DNA of 64,000 nucleotides from Azolla caroliniana (GCA_043228905.1 JBHGNT010000002.1:10354001-10418000), one strand, 5' to 3'; shown: positions 26,763 through 41,402, numbered from the stretch's first letter. A program made the numbers and translations. The notes: generated by a model not told the origin, from the letters alone.

Positions 26763-27572
26763 TACGCTCTCTTAGTTACAAAGGCAAAAACCAACAATAA
26801 CTTTACACAATGACTCTATTTACTCATGCAAAATGATTTGCCCTAGTTGTATTTATACTAATACATCTTTTTGGGCTATTTACAATTATGGCTTGAAGAG
26901 GCGCGATTAAACCTATTTACAAATTTGGCCTTTTCCGAATGCCTCTCCAGATCCTATCCGGATTTGGATGCGGTCTCGCTTCTTCATCTTGTTGATTCCT
27001 TGAACTCTAGTCCGGCTCATGCCCTCCTTCCCATCCAAAGGGATCTGTTTCCTAACAGTGTTGAGCCGAGTCAGGGTGAGGACTGTGTGTCGGGCGAAAC
27101 AAAGCTGGCAGTGGTGGTGCGGACAACGGATGGGCCAACTCAAAATGTTCAGACAAAGTTCCAACCGGTTGAAGAAGCTCAAGAGAGGAGCGAATAGACA
27201 ATAGAAAAGCAGAAGGGAAGTCAGCTAGCAATTGTGCCGACAACAATGGTGTACGAGGGGGAAACCACAATCAATACCTCCATTATACAGATAAACAGAG
27301 AAGAGTTCTATGAAGGTCAGGCATCACAAGCATAAGAGGAAGCAATGCTCTAGTATCCGGACATCCTAGCACCCACCCATGAATTCGCGACAATAAAATG
27401 GCTAGGATTTTAGACGACATTGGTAGCCTCCCGGATGATAATAGAAAGTGAGGAAAGGGAGATGATTCAGAAAGCCATCATGCCGAAGCAAAAAGTTAGA
27501 CACGGCCTTAGTTGAAATGTCAAAGGAATTTTCTATCGTACGACGAGCAACAAAGGATATGGCTGAAAGGAA

Positions 27573-30500
27573 TGCAAGAAAAGTTTAGAACATAATGGGC
27601 TGGATTGACAATAGAGAAAGAGAGAGAGTTTTGGAACAATGTAGAACAAGGTAAGATATTAGATTAAGACAGGTGTATTACAATGTAAGAACCTACAGTA
27701 ACAACTCTAGATATAGTATCACACACACCACTAAACAATACTTCATACATATATATACATAGAAGTAACGACTTCTTTGTAACTGTTGTTTTGTCTTTTT
27801 CTTATTATTCTTTGTAACTCATATTTTGTCTTTATCCTCATAACTAATGTTTTATCATTTGTGGTGTAAGCAGGTAATCTTAACACCCCCCTCTTAGTTG
27901 TGACACCACCAACTCATCTATTTGGATGAATACTTAATCCAATATGGTGGTAGCAACTCCAATGTTTTGCGTTGGGTACTGGCTTGGTAAGAAAATCAGC
28001 CCACATAGCTTGTGTTGAAGTATGTCCAATAGAAAGGTTAGATTCTTCAAGAAGTTCTGAGATGAAGTGATGCCGTGTGCGGATATGCTTGTTTTGCTCT
28101 GTGATCTTGGGATCCTTAGTGATTTTGATGCAAGATTGGTTGTCACACCATAACTTGAATTCAAAGATTTTGAGGATGGCAACTTTATCAATGATGGACT
28201 TCAACCATAATCCTTAGTAGTGAGAGTAGCTACTATGTATTCTGCTTCAGTGGAAGAGAGGGCGACGATAGCTTGTTTCTTTGCTCGCCATGAAATGGCA
28301 CCACCTGCAAATAGGAATACATAGCCGGAGGTGGATCGAGAGGTATCCCTGTCACCCCCCCAATCTACATCCGTCCAACCATGTAGTGGTGTAGATAGCC
28401 AAGCTTGGATATTTGAATGTTGGGTTTTAGAGTATGATGTGTAAGTAAGTGTCATATCCCTTGTGTACTTCAGATACTGTAATACTCTTTTAAGCGCTTT
28501 CCAATGGTTAACTCCTGGATTTTCCATGAATCTTGATAGGTATCTAGTGGCAAAAGATAAGTTGGGTCAGGTGCAGTTGACGAGGTATTGAATGCTCCCC
28601 AACACTTGGCGATACGGGATATTCTTCATAAAGCAAGTTTATTTAGTTGTATGTGGTGAATATTCGGATGATAATTTGCATGGTACTGTGACGGGAGTGG
28701 AGATTGGAGAACACTCAAACATATCAAACTTGGTTAGTATATTATCAACAAAGTTTTCTTGTGATAGGGAGAGTGTACCTAGAGTTTGATTCCTTTTTAC
28801 ATGAATCCCAAGAAAATGTTCTAGTGGCCCAAATGTTTGATAGGGAATTGTTGTCATAACTTTGCAATAAATTCCACCACCAAGTCTTCCGATGTCCCAA
28901 CAATAGTTAAATCCTCCACATAGACTCCCAAGGGTAAGAATTCTGTTTTTGTTTTCCAAATATATAGATTAGGTTCCGATAGAAGTTGTGGAAATTTGAT
29001 TGATAAGAGGAACCTATGAAACTTGGCATACCATTGTCTAGGGGATTGTTTTAGACCATATAGAGGTTTATTAAGTTTACACACATAATTAGGGTCTATA
29101 TAATTATCTAACATTTGGGGTTGTTCCATATATATATCTTCTTCTAAATCACCATGTGAAAACGCTATTTCAACATCAACATGGTGAAGTTCAAGATTTA
29201 AATATGCCTGTAATGGCAAGAATCAATCGAAGTGCAGTGATTTTTAGAGTGGGTGAAAAAGTTTCATGGTAGTCCACACTTGGTATTTGTGAGAATCCTC
29301 AAGCTACTAATCTTGCTTTGAACCTCACGGGAGTACCTAGGGCATCATATTTCTTCGTAAAAAACCACTTACAAGTGATGACATTGGAGTGACAAGGCCA
29401 CGGTACTAATGTCCATGTGTGATTCTTTTGGAGTGCTGAGAATTCAGATTTAATAGCCGCAACCCAATTTTCTTTTTCTTTACTTTTTAATGCTTGCTTG
29501 AAGGTGAGAATTGGAGTTGTGTCGTAGTTGTCTCCTTCGATGATGGCTGCAAAGATGGATATGTTGGACTCTGTCTCTGTTACGAAGTGACATGTTGACT
29601 TTTCAAGAACCTCGTCCTTAGTTGCATCATAGATATCACTAAGTAACCTTACCTTAGTCTTTTTAGCCCTAATTTCTTTGTCTTTTAAGATTGTTTTGGA
29701 GAGGTTGTAGGTTTTTAGGCGGCCGAGATCCATATTCTCAGATCTGGAGCTTTGTTTTCTTGCAGTCATGGAGGATGCACAGGGTTGCATGTGGTTGCCA
29801 CTCGCATGCTCAGGTTCAAGGCTGTGAGTAATATATTGGGTAGTGGACTGATCGTTGCTTTCGAGGCTTCAGTCGTACACTTGTTCGCCTTCAGGGCTTT
29901 GAGCATCAGATTGGCGGACAAATTGACTACCAATTTTGGGATTTTGAGGATACTCTAAGGAGGTGTAGGGTTGTAGGTGACCTGAGCTTGTATGTTCAGA
30001 TTCACAATTTTGACATTCGGATGCTGAGGAAGAGGTGTTGGGTTGTTGGCGGCGCACTAGCACATCCTTGGGTTCGAGACTTCGAGTGGTTGATTTGGTG
30101 GCCCCAGGCTTGGTGGCGCTCTTGGCATCGGAGGTTCCCAACCCCTCATCTTGAGTGGTTAAGATCTGAGAATGAGGTAATTGGTTGAGTTTCTCTCCTT
30201 TGTTTTTTGTTGCATTAGTTGTTGGTGCACCATGATTGTTGTGTAGTTCGGTGTTGATGATGTTATAAACTTCGGAGAATTCGATTCTCTGTGTGCTTTC
30301 CTCTATTATTATGTTGTAGAGGCCCGAACTTGTGTATGTAAGATGCATTAGATTGTGTTGATGGTAGTGGGTTCGTAGAAGAGGATGTTGTAATTTGATT
30401 GTCACCAGCAGTCATGTGTTCATTTGGTGAGTTTTCTGATGTTATCCTATCATTTTCAGATTCCATTGCTGTTGCTTTAGGAAGTCTTAACTTTGTGATT

Positions 30501-33500
30501 TCCTTGGTAAGGTGTCCACTCCTGGTTTCTTTAATTACATATGATGACCTAGAAAAAAGACTCTTCTCATCAAACTCCACAGAACGACTAAAAATTATTT
30601 TACATGTATCCGGAAGGTAAATTTTGTATGCTTTTACTCCATATGGCTCCCATATCCAATAAGTTTTCCTTTGATGCATCGATCCTCAAGTTTTGTCCTC
30701 TTCGCAGGTTGTATGTATGCAAATGTGGTTGCTCCAAATACTCGAAGATGTGATATCTTAGGTGGGTACCCATACCACATGGTGTATGGCACTTGTCCTT
30801 CTATACCTTGGTGAGGAGTTCTATTTTGTAAGTAACAAGCTGTGGCTACTGCTTCTTCCCAGAATCTCGAGGCCATTCCACTCGTCTTCAACATACTCCT
30901 AGCTGCATTTAATAAGGTGCGATTCTTTCTCTCGGCTATCCCATTTTGTTGAGGTGTGTAGACAATTGACTTTTGATGAAATATACCATTTTTTTCGTTA
31001 AAGGCCGCCCACTCTTGTGAAACAAACTCCCCACCATTGTCACTTCTTATTGCTTTAACTTTAAGTTGTGTTTGATTTTCAACAAAGCTCTTATATGCAC
31101 AAAATGCTTTGAATGCATTTCCCTTTTGTTTAAGAAAGTTAATGTGAAATGTTACGTGCGGAAGTTATATGAAACACAGAATACCGACAGGGAAGAACAG
31201 GTTTAATGGAGAGCTTAAGACACAATGTACACACGGGAGAGACAGAGAGGGAATAACACAAAGAAAAAACTAAATTCAAATAATGTGTAAAACTTTGTAC
31301 AGAGGATGTGCTCAGAGAGCACTTTTATACAAGTCCATACGGACTGACAGAAGTACTACCACGTACTTCAATGCTCATAACTGAGCTCCTACATTGACTC
31401 CCAAATATATTCCCTCGCGGAATATCTGTTCAACAGCCTCCCGGTTTTCGCATCGGTCCGGCCTCTTGTTGCGTACCGGTTTGCGCACCAGTTTATGCAC
31501 CGGTTTACGCACTAATCCGGCTGAACCGATCGGTCCAAACCGATCCTGTTCTCAGCTTGCACAGCCAATCTGGCCAATGTTGAACTTGTATCTCAACACT
31601 CCCCCTCAAGCTCAACTTGAGGCTCTTCCAGTCCTTCACTTCGGTTTCTCTTGACTTCACACCTCTCTTGCGCTCCTCGACCCTTACGATCGGCTTATCT
31701 GTTCGTACGGCCTTTTCCAACTCCCTTGATGTCATGATGTTGGCGCCTCTGTTGCTGCCCTTTCTTCCACTTGGCCTTCAGTTGATTCGGCGTCTCCGAA
31801 TCAAACATCCGGGCTGAATCGGCTGCCTCCGATTCGTCTCTGCTTTTGTCCGAATTGGCTATCTCCAATTTGTCCTCAATCTTGGCCTTCTCACTCTTGT
31901 TGGCTTCATCTCCCCCATACTTGGCTGGCTCCGGCTCTTTCTTTCGGCTGCTTGTCTCTTGTCTGATTCCGGACTCTTCCGTGGATCCGCCTTCGGCTTC
32001 TTCAGCCGACACTAAACCGAATTCATCATCCGATTTGGTGTCGCGGTCACTTCCGCTCCTTTCGTGCTCCTTTTCGTGGTCTTGCGGGACTTTTCTCCCC
32101 CTCAAGTTTGGCACGTCGAGGTGTCGCAACCCAAGCGCACCCGAGAATTGCCACAACTTGTCTAGACCAAGGGGCTTGGTGAAGATGTCAGCGTGCTGCC
32201 GAGCCGTCAAAACATACTGAAGTTTGACTTCACCAGAGAGGACACGCTCGCGGACAAAGTGGTAGTGCACCTTAATGTGCTTAGTTCGGGCGTGGAAGAT
32301 GGGGTTCTTCGCTAGTTGGATGCTGTTGAGGTTGTTGCAGTAGATCGTCGTCAGATCAGACACTTCCACTTGCAGATCCTTAAGTAGCCGCTTCAGCCAT
32401 ATGGCTTCGCATGTTGTGACAACCGCTCCTCGATACTCGGCCTCTGTGCTCGACAGTGAAATTGTCAGCTGCTTCTTGCTACTCCAAGCGATCGCGGTGC
32501 TCCCAAGGGAGAACGCAAATCCGGATGTGGATCGGTGACCGCCAACGTTCGTTCCGGAGTGAAATCCGGGGGGTTGTACCATGTACACTTGTTCCTCAAG
32601 CTCGCCTTACAGGAACACATTCTTTACATCCATATGATGTAAGTGCCACCCCTTTGCCGTAGCTACCACAAGCAAAACACAGATGGTCGTCATCTTTGCG
32701 ACTAGCGCAAACGTCTCATCGTAATCGATGCCGTGTTGCTGTGCGTAGCCTTTTGCTACTAACTGGGCCTTGTATCGGTTGACTGAGCCATTGGTGTTGT
32801 ACTTGACCTTGTACAACGACCTGCATCCAATCGGCTTTACACCCTTGGGGGCGTCAACTAGGTCCCTGGTTTCATTCTCCGCAAGTGCGTTCATCTCTTC
32901 CTCCATGGCGGCACGCCAATTTGTGTCCTTTGCCACTTCTACGTAGCTCTTTGGCTCACGCACTTCCACTACACGTGTCATGTCCGCATAGTGATGCGTC
33001 ATGTAGTTGTTGTATCTGAACCAGACAACAGGGTTCTTCTGGCGGGTAGATCTGCGTAATTGCTCATTAGCCGATGTTGAGGTCGTTCTGGCCGACGTGG
33101 GCTTCGTTCTTGAAGGACGGTCTTCGCTCTTCTCAGAGTCCTATTTGCGTCAATCCAACTCGTCCCTATCCGTGCTGTACTTCGGTATCTTTCTCTTTCC
33201 CTTTTCTTTGCGCGTAAGCCATCTCTTCCGCTTCCTGCACGGGGAATGCACAACTGAGTCTCCACTACTCACCGACTCTTTATCTGACTGGTCAAACCGA
33301 CTCAGTCGCTCATTCGGTCCACTTAGCCGAAATGAGATCGGACTCTCTTCAAGAGTCCCGACTTCGCGTTCATCAAGAGGCATCTCAGCCTCGCTGAGCT
33401 CATCTTCCGAACTCGGATTGGAGTTGAGGTCTGGAGTCATAGGCAATACCAAGACGTAGACTCATTGAACACAACATTGTGACTTACGCGAGCTTGTTTG

Positions 33501-36500
33501 GTTCGGGGGTTATAACACTTATAACCCTTCTGTTCGTCCGAGTAGCCGACCAAGATACACTTCTCAGCTTTCGCGTCCAGCTTCCTCCGATTCTCCTTCG
33601 GCACATGCACATACGCGATGCTACCGAAAACCCTCAAGTGTCGTAGATTCGGCTTCCTTCCGAAATACAGCTCATGTGCTGACACTTTTTCTCTGATCCG
33701 ATTCTGGATGTAGACCGTGGTTCAGACCGCTTCGGCCCAATAGAACTTGGGCATGCTCTTTTCTTCCAGCATTGCCCGCGCTACTTCCACAACCGACCGA
33801 TTCTTCCTTTTGGCCACGCCATTTTGCTCTGGTGTATACCTGCATCTGAATTCGTGCCGAATTCCCATTTGTTGTAGATAATTGTTGAATTGGCCGGAAA
33901 AGTACTCTTTTCCGCCATCCGATCGCAGGCACTTGATCTTCCTCCCTGTTTCTCTTTCGACAAGATTTTTGAGGTTCTGGAAACAATCGAAGACTTCACT
34001 CTTCTTTTTGATGAGGTACATCCATGTGTGCCGGGTGTAGTCGTCGATGAAGGAGACGAAATATCGACTCCTGCCAAGGCTCACGTTCTGTGCCGGTCCC
34101 CATATATCTAAATGTATCAAGTCAAGCTTATTTCGGCTCCGATTACGCTCGTTTGGGAAAGGAAGTCGGTGTTGCTTCCCTAGCTGGTAGGCTTCACAAA
34201 TTTGGGCCTTTCGACCACTGAATTTCGGCAATCCGAACACAACTTGTTTTGATTGCAAGTCTTGAAGCCTTTGGTAGTTGACGTGGCCTATCTACTTATA
34301 CCACAAGTCGATATCCGACTCGACTTTTTGTCCTTTTGTGAACATGGCGGTGCCTACGTCATTAGCGTTGAGGATGAGCATCCTCCCATCTTTGCGCCCT
34401 TGCGCAATAACTTGGTCTTCTTCCTCAATGAAGCACCCGAGATGCATGAACCGGACTTGCATCCCCTAGTCGACGATCTGTCCGACCGACACCAGATTCT
34501 TCGTAATTGTCGGGACGTGTAACATGTTCATTAGCTTCCCTTTTTGCCCGACGTGGCTGAGGGGAACTTCACCAACATGTACGATCGGATGCGGAGTGTC
34601 GTCTCCTGTTGCGACTACTCCTGATTGTTCCGGTTTTTCTAGATATGAGAACCACTCTTTATGGTTCGTCATATGGTTTGACACTCCAGAGTTAACGTAC
34701 CACACTTCGTCCGATTTCTGGGCGGTCTTCTTCATCGAGTTCGCTTTTGTGTCTTGTCACAAAGGCTGCCCCCTTTTCAACTTTTTCGGATCCTTCGGCG
34801 TAGTGTGTCCGTTGCTCATTTCCTTGTTCGGTCGGTCCAGATCCGGATCCGGTTTTCTCCGAATCGGCGCGCTCCTTCTAGCAGTCGCTCTCCTTGTGGC
34901 CTTTCTTGCCACAATACTAGCATTCTGCGGTGTGTTTCCGTTGCCGGTTCTCGTCGCCTCGTCGTCTCCCCTTGCTTCCAGAGGGTTCGGAATTGTTGTC
35001 AGCATCACCACGATGCCTTCTTCCTTGCTCCCGTCGGCCGCCTCCATTGCGTGCCGACTCGCCTCGTTCACCATGACCACTGGGCCTATCTCCCTCCATG
35101 TACAACATCTTGCCGTCGGCTTGCGTACTCGTCGACGCACCCGCGTGATTCTCCTCTACAAAGAGCATTGACTACAAGTCAAAAAATGACAGCGTATTCT
35201 CCCTTGTACAAATAGCAGTTCGGAATACTCCGAACTTCGACGCCAATCCTCTAAGGCAGATCTGCACCATTTCGCCCTCCTCAATGTTCACATCGATGGA
35301 GGCGAGGGAGTCGCAGATATCCTTTATCTTGGAGGTGTAGTCAGCCACCGTCATGTCGTGTTGACACACATTGCTCAACTCCTGTCGGAGTTGAAGCTTC
35401 TTGGCTGTGGTGCTTGCGCCGAAAATCTTTTCCAGATTTCCCCAAGCATCCTTTGACGTTCTTGCATCCCGAATGTAGCTCAAGAGCTGTTCGCTCACAC
35501 AGGACGCGAAGCAGTAGAGAACTCTGCTCACTGACTGTTCCCAGGCCGGGAAGTCTCTGTGTGTCGATTTGGGTGCTACATCATTCGCTCCATTGACATA
35601 GCTCTAGTATCCATGTCTGAACAGGTACTGGTGCATCTTGTATGACCAAGATGCGTAGTTACTTCTGTCGAGCTTCTGAGTTGGAAGCGAACTAGCCATA
35701 CCTCTATCCATTTTTTCCTTTCTATGTTACGAGCTGAAGTCGGCTGCAGAGGTTCTCAACCCTCGCGCTCTGATACCATGTGAAATGTTACGTGCGGAAG
35801 CTATATGAAACACAGAATACCGACAGGGAAAAACAGTTTTAATGGAGAGCTTAAGACACAATGTACACAGGAGAGACAGAGAGGGAATAACACACAAAAA
35901 AAGCTAAATTCAAATAATGTGTAAAACTCTATACATAGGATGTGCTCAGAGAGCACTTTTATACAAGTCCATATGGACTGACAGAAGTACTGACATGTAC
36001 TTCAATGCTCATAACTGAGCTGCTACACTAACTCCCAAATATATTCCGTCACGGAATATCTGTTAAACAGCCTCCCAGTTTCTGCACCGATCAGGCCTCT
36101 TGTTGTGTACCGGTTTGCGCACCGGTTTACGCATTGATCCGGCTGAACCGATCAGTCCAAACCGATCCGGTTCTCGGCTTGCACAGTCGATCCGGCCAAT
36201 GTTGAGCTTGTATGTCAACAGTTAACCATTGTGAATTGCGAAGTGTTATCAATGAATGTTATAAATTACCTTGCTCCCGAGAGTGAGTTGGGAGTTATTG
36301 GTCCACATACATCCATGTGAACAAGTTGAAGTAGTTCCTTTGTCATAGAGTTACTTAGTGGAAATGGTTTTTTAGCCATTTTCCCATACATGCACCCTTC
36401 GCAAATATCAATAGATTTAAAGATTGTGGAAGGTAAACCTCTTACTAGGTTCTGATTTTGACACAACTTGTGTGTTGGTGTATGCCTCTTTCGCCACTCG

Positions 36501-37087
36501 TGCCATTCGTCTGACTCTCGTTTTGTAGGTTCTGGACTTGCACTGGTTGTGATGTCGAGGAGCTCCTCAACATCAAGTAGCAACTCCATTCGAGTCTTCC
36601 AAGTTTTGTTGTTTTTCTCTGTTAATTTGTCCAAGGTATATTTTCTGCTTGAGCTTGCCATAGTGATAGTACTAAGATTTTTTTATTTGAAATAATCTGT
36701 GTGATTTTTGTTGGTTATAGGGGAGTATGAGATTCAGATCGTGCAACTTAGATCTGATACCATGTAAGAAAAGTTTAGAACATAATGGGCTGGATTGACA
36801 ACAGAGAAAGAGAGAGAGTTTTGGAACAATGCAGAACAAGGTAATATATTAGATTAAGACAGGTGTATTACAATGTAAGAGCCTACAATAACAACTCTAG
36901 ATGTAGTATCACACACACCACTAAACAATACTTCATACATATATATATACATAGAAGTAACGACTAGCCGTTACTTCTTTGTAATTGTTGTTTTGTCTTT
37001 TTCTTATTATTCTTTGTAACTCATATTTTGTCTTTATCCTCATAACTAATGGTTTATCATTTATGGTGTAAGCAGGTAATCTTAACA
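27573..37087 (-). mobile_element. Element D: Ty1/copia with gag/protease deletion, hosting E
   Basis: LTRs 27573-27885 and 36763-37087. TSD AGGAA. PBS TGGTATCAGATC (36751-62, minus). PPT at 27886-27895. Integrase, RT and RNase H relics at 27914-31137. ORF 36266-36661 jumps from the gag N-terminus to GAG-pre-integrase. Confidence 0.95.
31143..36220 (-). mobile_element. Element E: Ty1/copia nested in D integrase; most of RT deleted
   Basis: LTRs 31143-31598 and 35779-36220. TSD GTTAA. iMet PBS 35767-35778. PPT 31599-31608. Gag, protease, integrase, then RT N-terminus fused to RNase H at ~32545 (QPPGFHSGT/NVGGHRSTSG). Confidence 0.95.
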
Positions 37088-39407
37088 AGGAATTGGAAGC
37101 TTATGAAGGCGGCAGATTATGTCTCCAACGGCTAGACGAAGGCGAACAACCGAATACAAGCATTGGAGGAAACATTACAACAAGCCTGACAAACATCAGC
37201 CAAAAGGACCGAGGATACAAGTAGGAGCAAATTAGCTATTATTACAGCCAAACAGGAGCAGACAGAAAAAGCTCCAAAAGTGTCTGAATTGGCGGAAAGT
37301 AGGCTGACCACGATCGGGCCGACCAGTAATCTTGAACAGGTAATTGAACAAATAGAAAGCTTAAAGGATGAAATAGCAATGCAAGTGGCTATTATTGGTA
37401 AAGAAAAGTAGCTAAGGACAGTAGTGGAGATGTAGAAGTTGAAGGGGGACCTCAAGTGGCTAGCCGAGAAAATGGATCGGTTGAAGGAAGAAAATAGAGA
37501 GAGACTGAAGAAATTGGTAGAGGAGGAAATGGATCGGCTCAAGGCCGAACTCCAACAACAGACGGAAGAAGAGATCACCTACGAATGCAAGCAACATGCA
37601 AATTCAAGGAACAACAAGAGGATTTCGAGAAATTACATGCAGAGGAAAAGGAGTTAAGAGAAAACTACGATCAATAGAAAAGAAGGCTAAAGGAGGCCAG
37701 GGCCAAAGCGAAGGACAATGCCAAATCTTTGGAGATTCAGGCTAAAGTGTTCGAAACCCAACCGACAAAGGCGCGTGAGGAGATGGAAAAAGAGAAAGAA
37801 TGGTTGTTGAAGGAGAAGGAGCACATTGTGGAAACATCTAGATAGACAATAAACAAGCTCAGTGACACTTTCCCGATGTAGCAACGTACTTATAAGGAGC
37901 AAGCGAAATCAACGATGGAGTTAATACAAAAACTAAAAGAGGAGAAGTAGGAGATTGAAGCAAAAGCGGAAATGGGTATTGAGAGAATCAAGATCATTGT
38001 GGGAAATCAGTGGAACTGGCCAGAAACACGAATAGAAGAATGTTCGGTAGCAATATGGAAGGATTGGTCGGCACAAGTGGCCAAATTGTAGACTTACAGA
38101 GCTGATGCTGAAAATCAGCAGAAAACCGGAAAGAGCTTCTATAATATGGATGAACAGAGAGAGTATTACCATAATCCGAGAAGAACTGCTCTAGCTCATG
38201 CTCATTCAACTGAAATATGGAAACTGTTGGAGGAGTTTGGTGACGATCAATTACAATTTACTATGGAACTGGAAGCTTATGAATGCGAAAGATTGTGGCC
38301 AACGCAGGAACCACCAACAACGGTTCAAACCGAACACGTATTTATTAGCGAGGAAGCAAAACAACCTAAAGAGCGGAACAACTCTAAACAAGAAATACTT
38401 TAGGATAAACAATAGATTGCAGTTGGAGTAGAACAATCTATTATTGTGGACGAGGACCAGTTGATCTTGGAGAAACAATCTGAATCGATTCAAATTGCCA
38501 ACGAAGATCAGACAGAAGCGAATGACGAATACCAACAGCGAAGGAAAGAAGAAAAGTTGGAGTGGCAAAAAATAGAGGAAGAGCAGCCGAAGAAGAAACA
38601 GTTGCAGAGGAGCCAATCCAAACCAAAGGGGAAGGGGAGCCAATGTCCGATAGGGAGAATAAGGAGCCGGAGTCGGAGCCGAGCAGTTTGGACATTTTTG
38701 AAGATTGTTGAAGGCATTGTGGGTTTGACGTGCAAGGGACTGTCCCACAGGCGTTGTCGTGAAGATTTTCGGCAATTGTGTGAAAATCGTGTGTAACAAA
38801 CAATATCGAGAAGGTGTAATGTGCATGTGTAATGTGCGCTCAAACATTTGTAAATATAAGACTAAAGCCTAGTAATATTTGAGTGCATACAAATGAGTGC
38901 AAGCAAGGTTTGAGCCTTGCACCCCCAATATAAGAAACAAATTGACGTACCAGTAAAGCTACTACTAAGTGCTTTAGATTTTTTACATTTTCTTTTGATA
39001 TTCAATATTCCATAGGAAACAAATACATAAAAAACCATGTGCACAAACCCATGGTTTTAGCCCGTGGTTTTAGCCCATGGTTTTGGCATGGAGAGACCTA
39101 TAAAAGCCTCTAGTTGGGCTTGTGTAAGGGGGAGGCAAGTGATGTAACGAAGAAACTTCTAATAAAAGATCTAATCTAGCTTATTGGTGATGTATCTTGT
39201 CTCTAAAAACTGAAGTCAGGGGTTCAATCTCTCTCTCTCTCTCAATCTATCTCAGAATTGGAATCTCCGTCTCTCAATCTCTCTCTCTCTCTCTCTCTTA
39301 AATACTTTGTCGCTAAAGCTAGTACTAACTTTGAATCCTTCTGGTCTAGGAGCCTGGTGGTCCCGCTTCATTTCACAAACACATGAGGATTTCCTTGACA
39401 TCTTTCT

Positions 39408-39425
39408 TGGTGAACCCGACGTGAA
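39408..39425 (+). other. Primer-binding site complementary to the tRNA-Trp 3' end
   Basis: TGGTGAACCCGACGTGAA is the reverse complement of ...TTCACGTCGGGTTCACCA, the plant tRNA-Trp(CCA) 3' end as I recall it. It lies 7 nt after the LTR. Confidence 0.85.
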
Positions 39426-41402
39426 GAAGTGGTAGGAAGGATTGACTGATACTTGGATATGTCATCCTTAAGCAATCAGGTGGGAAACTTCGAAAGGATG
39501 ATGGTAATCGTCGAACAAATGATGAGATATCGGGACAACGATGCGAGTGTGGAGAAGGTTGTTGATCGTTTCGTGGAGGTCATAGGTCAATTTGATGGAA
39601 GGAACATTATGAAGTTCCTTGATGCATACAAAAGGGAGATGAATCAAAGGGACGTGACTGACGCACGTCAAATCTCGAGTTTCAAGCGAGTTATCGCCAA
39701 CAACGTCCAAAGGCGGGTCATCGAGCTCCAAGAAGGGAAGACAACGTGGTTGAAGTTTGAAAAAGCAATATTAGCGGAGTTCGCGATCGAGGATTTGTCG
39801 AAGATGACTCGACATGTCTTGATGAAATGGATAGAGAACAAAAATAAGAAGTTGAGCGCCTCGAGGGTGTATATCAAGTTCGACCAATGTTTCATCATCT
39901 CCCTGCCATGGATCAAGTGCTGCTTGAGGAGGAAAAGACTTTGTTCTTCCTGAAAGTTGTGGATATGAAGTATATACGAGAATTGGGGTCTCTCCTCAAA
40001 GATGATACCCAAGCGAATGGGCTTGTGGTAGACTGGATTGCGGTGAAGCAAGCGCGCAACAAGCTCGACAATTGTCGTCAATGGGTTGATGACACTGACT
40101 TGGAAGGATTGAGTGGGGAGAAAAGAAGACAACCAAAACTGGATGAGCCGCCCAAACAGAGCAACTCGAAAGAAAAGAAGATTGATGATGACATCATTGA
40201 AGAACTGGCAAAGAAGTTCGAGATGGTCACGGTAGCGAACATGAATCGTCGGGTCTCGAAAGGAAAAGAACCCTTTAGATGTGTGTGGTGTGACAACATG
40301 GACCACTTGAGAAGGGATTGCGTGAGCCTTCGAGAGGCCATTCGACAAAATATCATATACATGGATGGCAACATGATTTGCTTGAATGAAACCAGAAGAC
40401 CCCTGAGGGTGAATTTTGGAAGAGGGGTAATGAAGAAAGTTATGGAAGATGCTGAGGCAACTCATGTGGATGCGATGCACTATGCTGCATCAGTTGGAAT
40501 AAGAGTCGGGAAAGATAGAAATGAAGCTGCTAGAACGGGAACAAAGTTTTGGTCTTCTATTCTCGAGTGTAAGAAAAAGGGAAAAGTTACTTCGGACGAT
40601 GTAGAGCTTGTGGACCGAAGTGTGCAAAGTATAATTGGATGGTTGGATCCGGTAGATGACAACACCATACTCGCGGAAGTGATATGCGACAACCACAAGG
40701 CGGCATGAGGTGCTCGTGGATGAAAAGAGAAAAAGAATGGAAGATCAAGGCCCATAAAAAATACATGAAACAAGGAGCACAAAAAAGAAAGAAGATGAGG
40801 AAGCAAGTCAAGCTTTACAAACAGAGGGTGGAGACTCAAGTCGGAAAGGGGAGTTGAGCAGATGAGTTGAAGAAACGGTTCAGCCCATGAGGGTTGATGT
40901 CGAAGACCCCGCTCAGAAGACAAGAACTATGCTTACCTATAAGCTAAGGCCGGACATAGAACAAACAACATATTTGAAGAAGATTCTCAAGGAACGTGTT
41001 CTTGATAGCCACGTGACCTTGGCCTTGAGGGAATTGCTCGACATTACGAAGGAGTTCCATGATACGATCGTGGACCTCGTAAAGAGAAAATAGCAACAGG
41101 AAGAAGAGAAGCCACAAAAAACAAAAGCAAAAGCCATAACAATGGAAAGGGACGACGTCAATGAAGATAAGGTGGACAACCACTATACTCGGCCTCATTG
41201 GGCATGAGTGACGACTGAGATGCCATTAAAATTGGGAGAGAAAAAAGAGACAGTCGTAGCTTTAATAGACCATGGGTCCGAGATCAACCTTATGTCGATT
41301 GAGGTCTACAAAAAGGGGAGATGGCCCATAAATATGAATCATGGGTGGAAGATCCGTGCGGCTATGAAAGCTACCGAAGACCTGTATGGTGCATGTCCTA
41401 AT

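Larger units (their letters stand above)
21010..27057 (-). mobile_element. Element A: 3'-truncated Ty1/copia (related to element I); 5' LTR plus gag only, interrupted by B, C and an RTE LINE
   Basis: 5' LTR 27057-25848 begins TGTTAGGAAACAGATCCCTTTGGATGGGAAGG (compare the I LTR TGTTGGGAGACAGGTCCCTCCGGATGGGAAGG). Degenerate iMet PBS at 25834-25844. Gag pieces MDGHFGGMFQLTGSNYSKW...KDL*LPVQY...FIDMSLYNNFNEE...LLLLGSL rejoin after removing the inserts. No 3' LTR seen. Confidence 0.88.

Noticed and set aside
26871-27197. 108-aa ORF as a gene
   Set aside because: Chimeric: the antisense LTR of A up to 27057 fused to relic F.
39408-39425. tRNA gene
   Set aside because: Only 18 nt of antisense match next to an LTR; it is a PBS.
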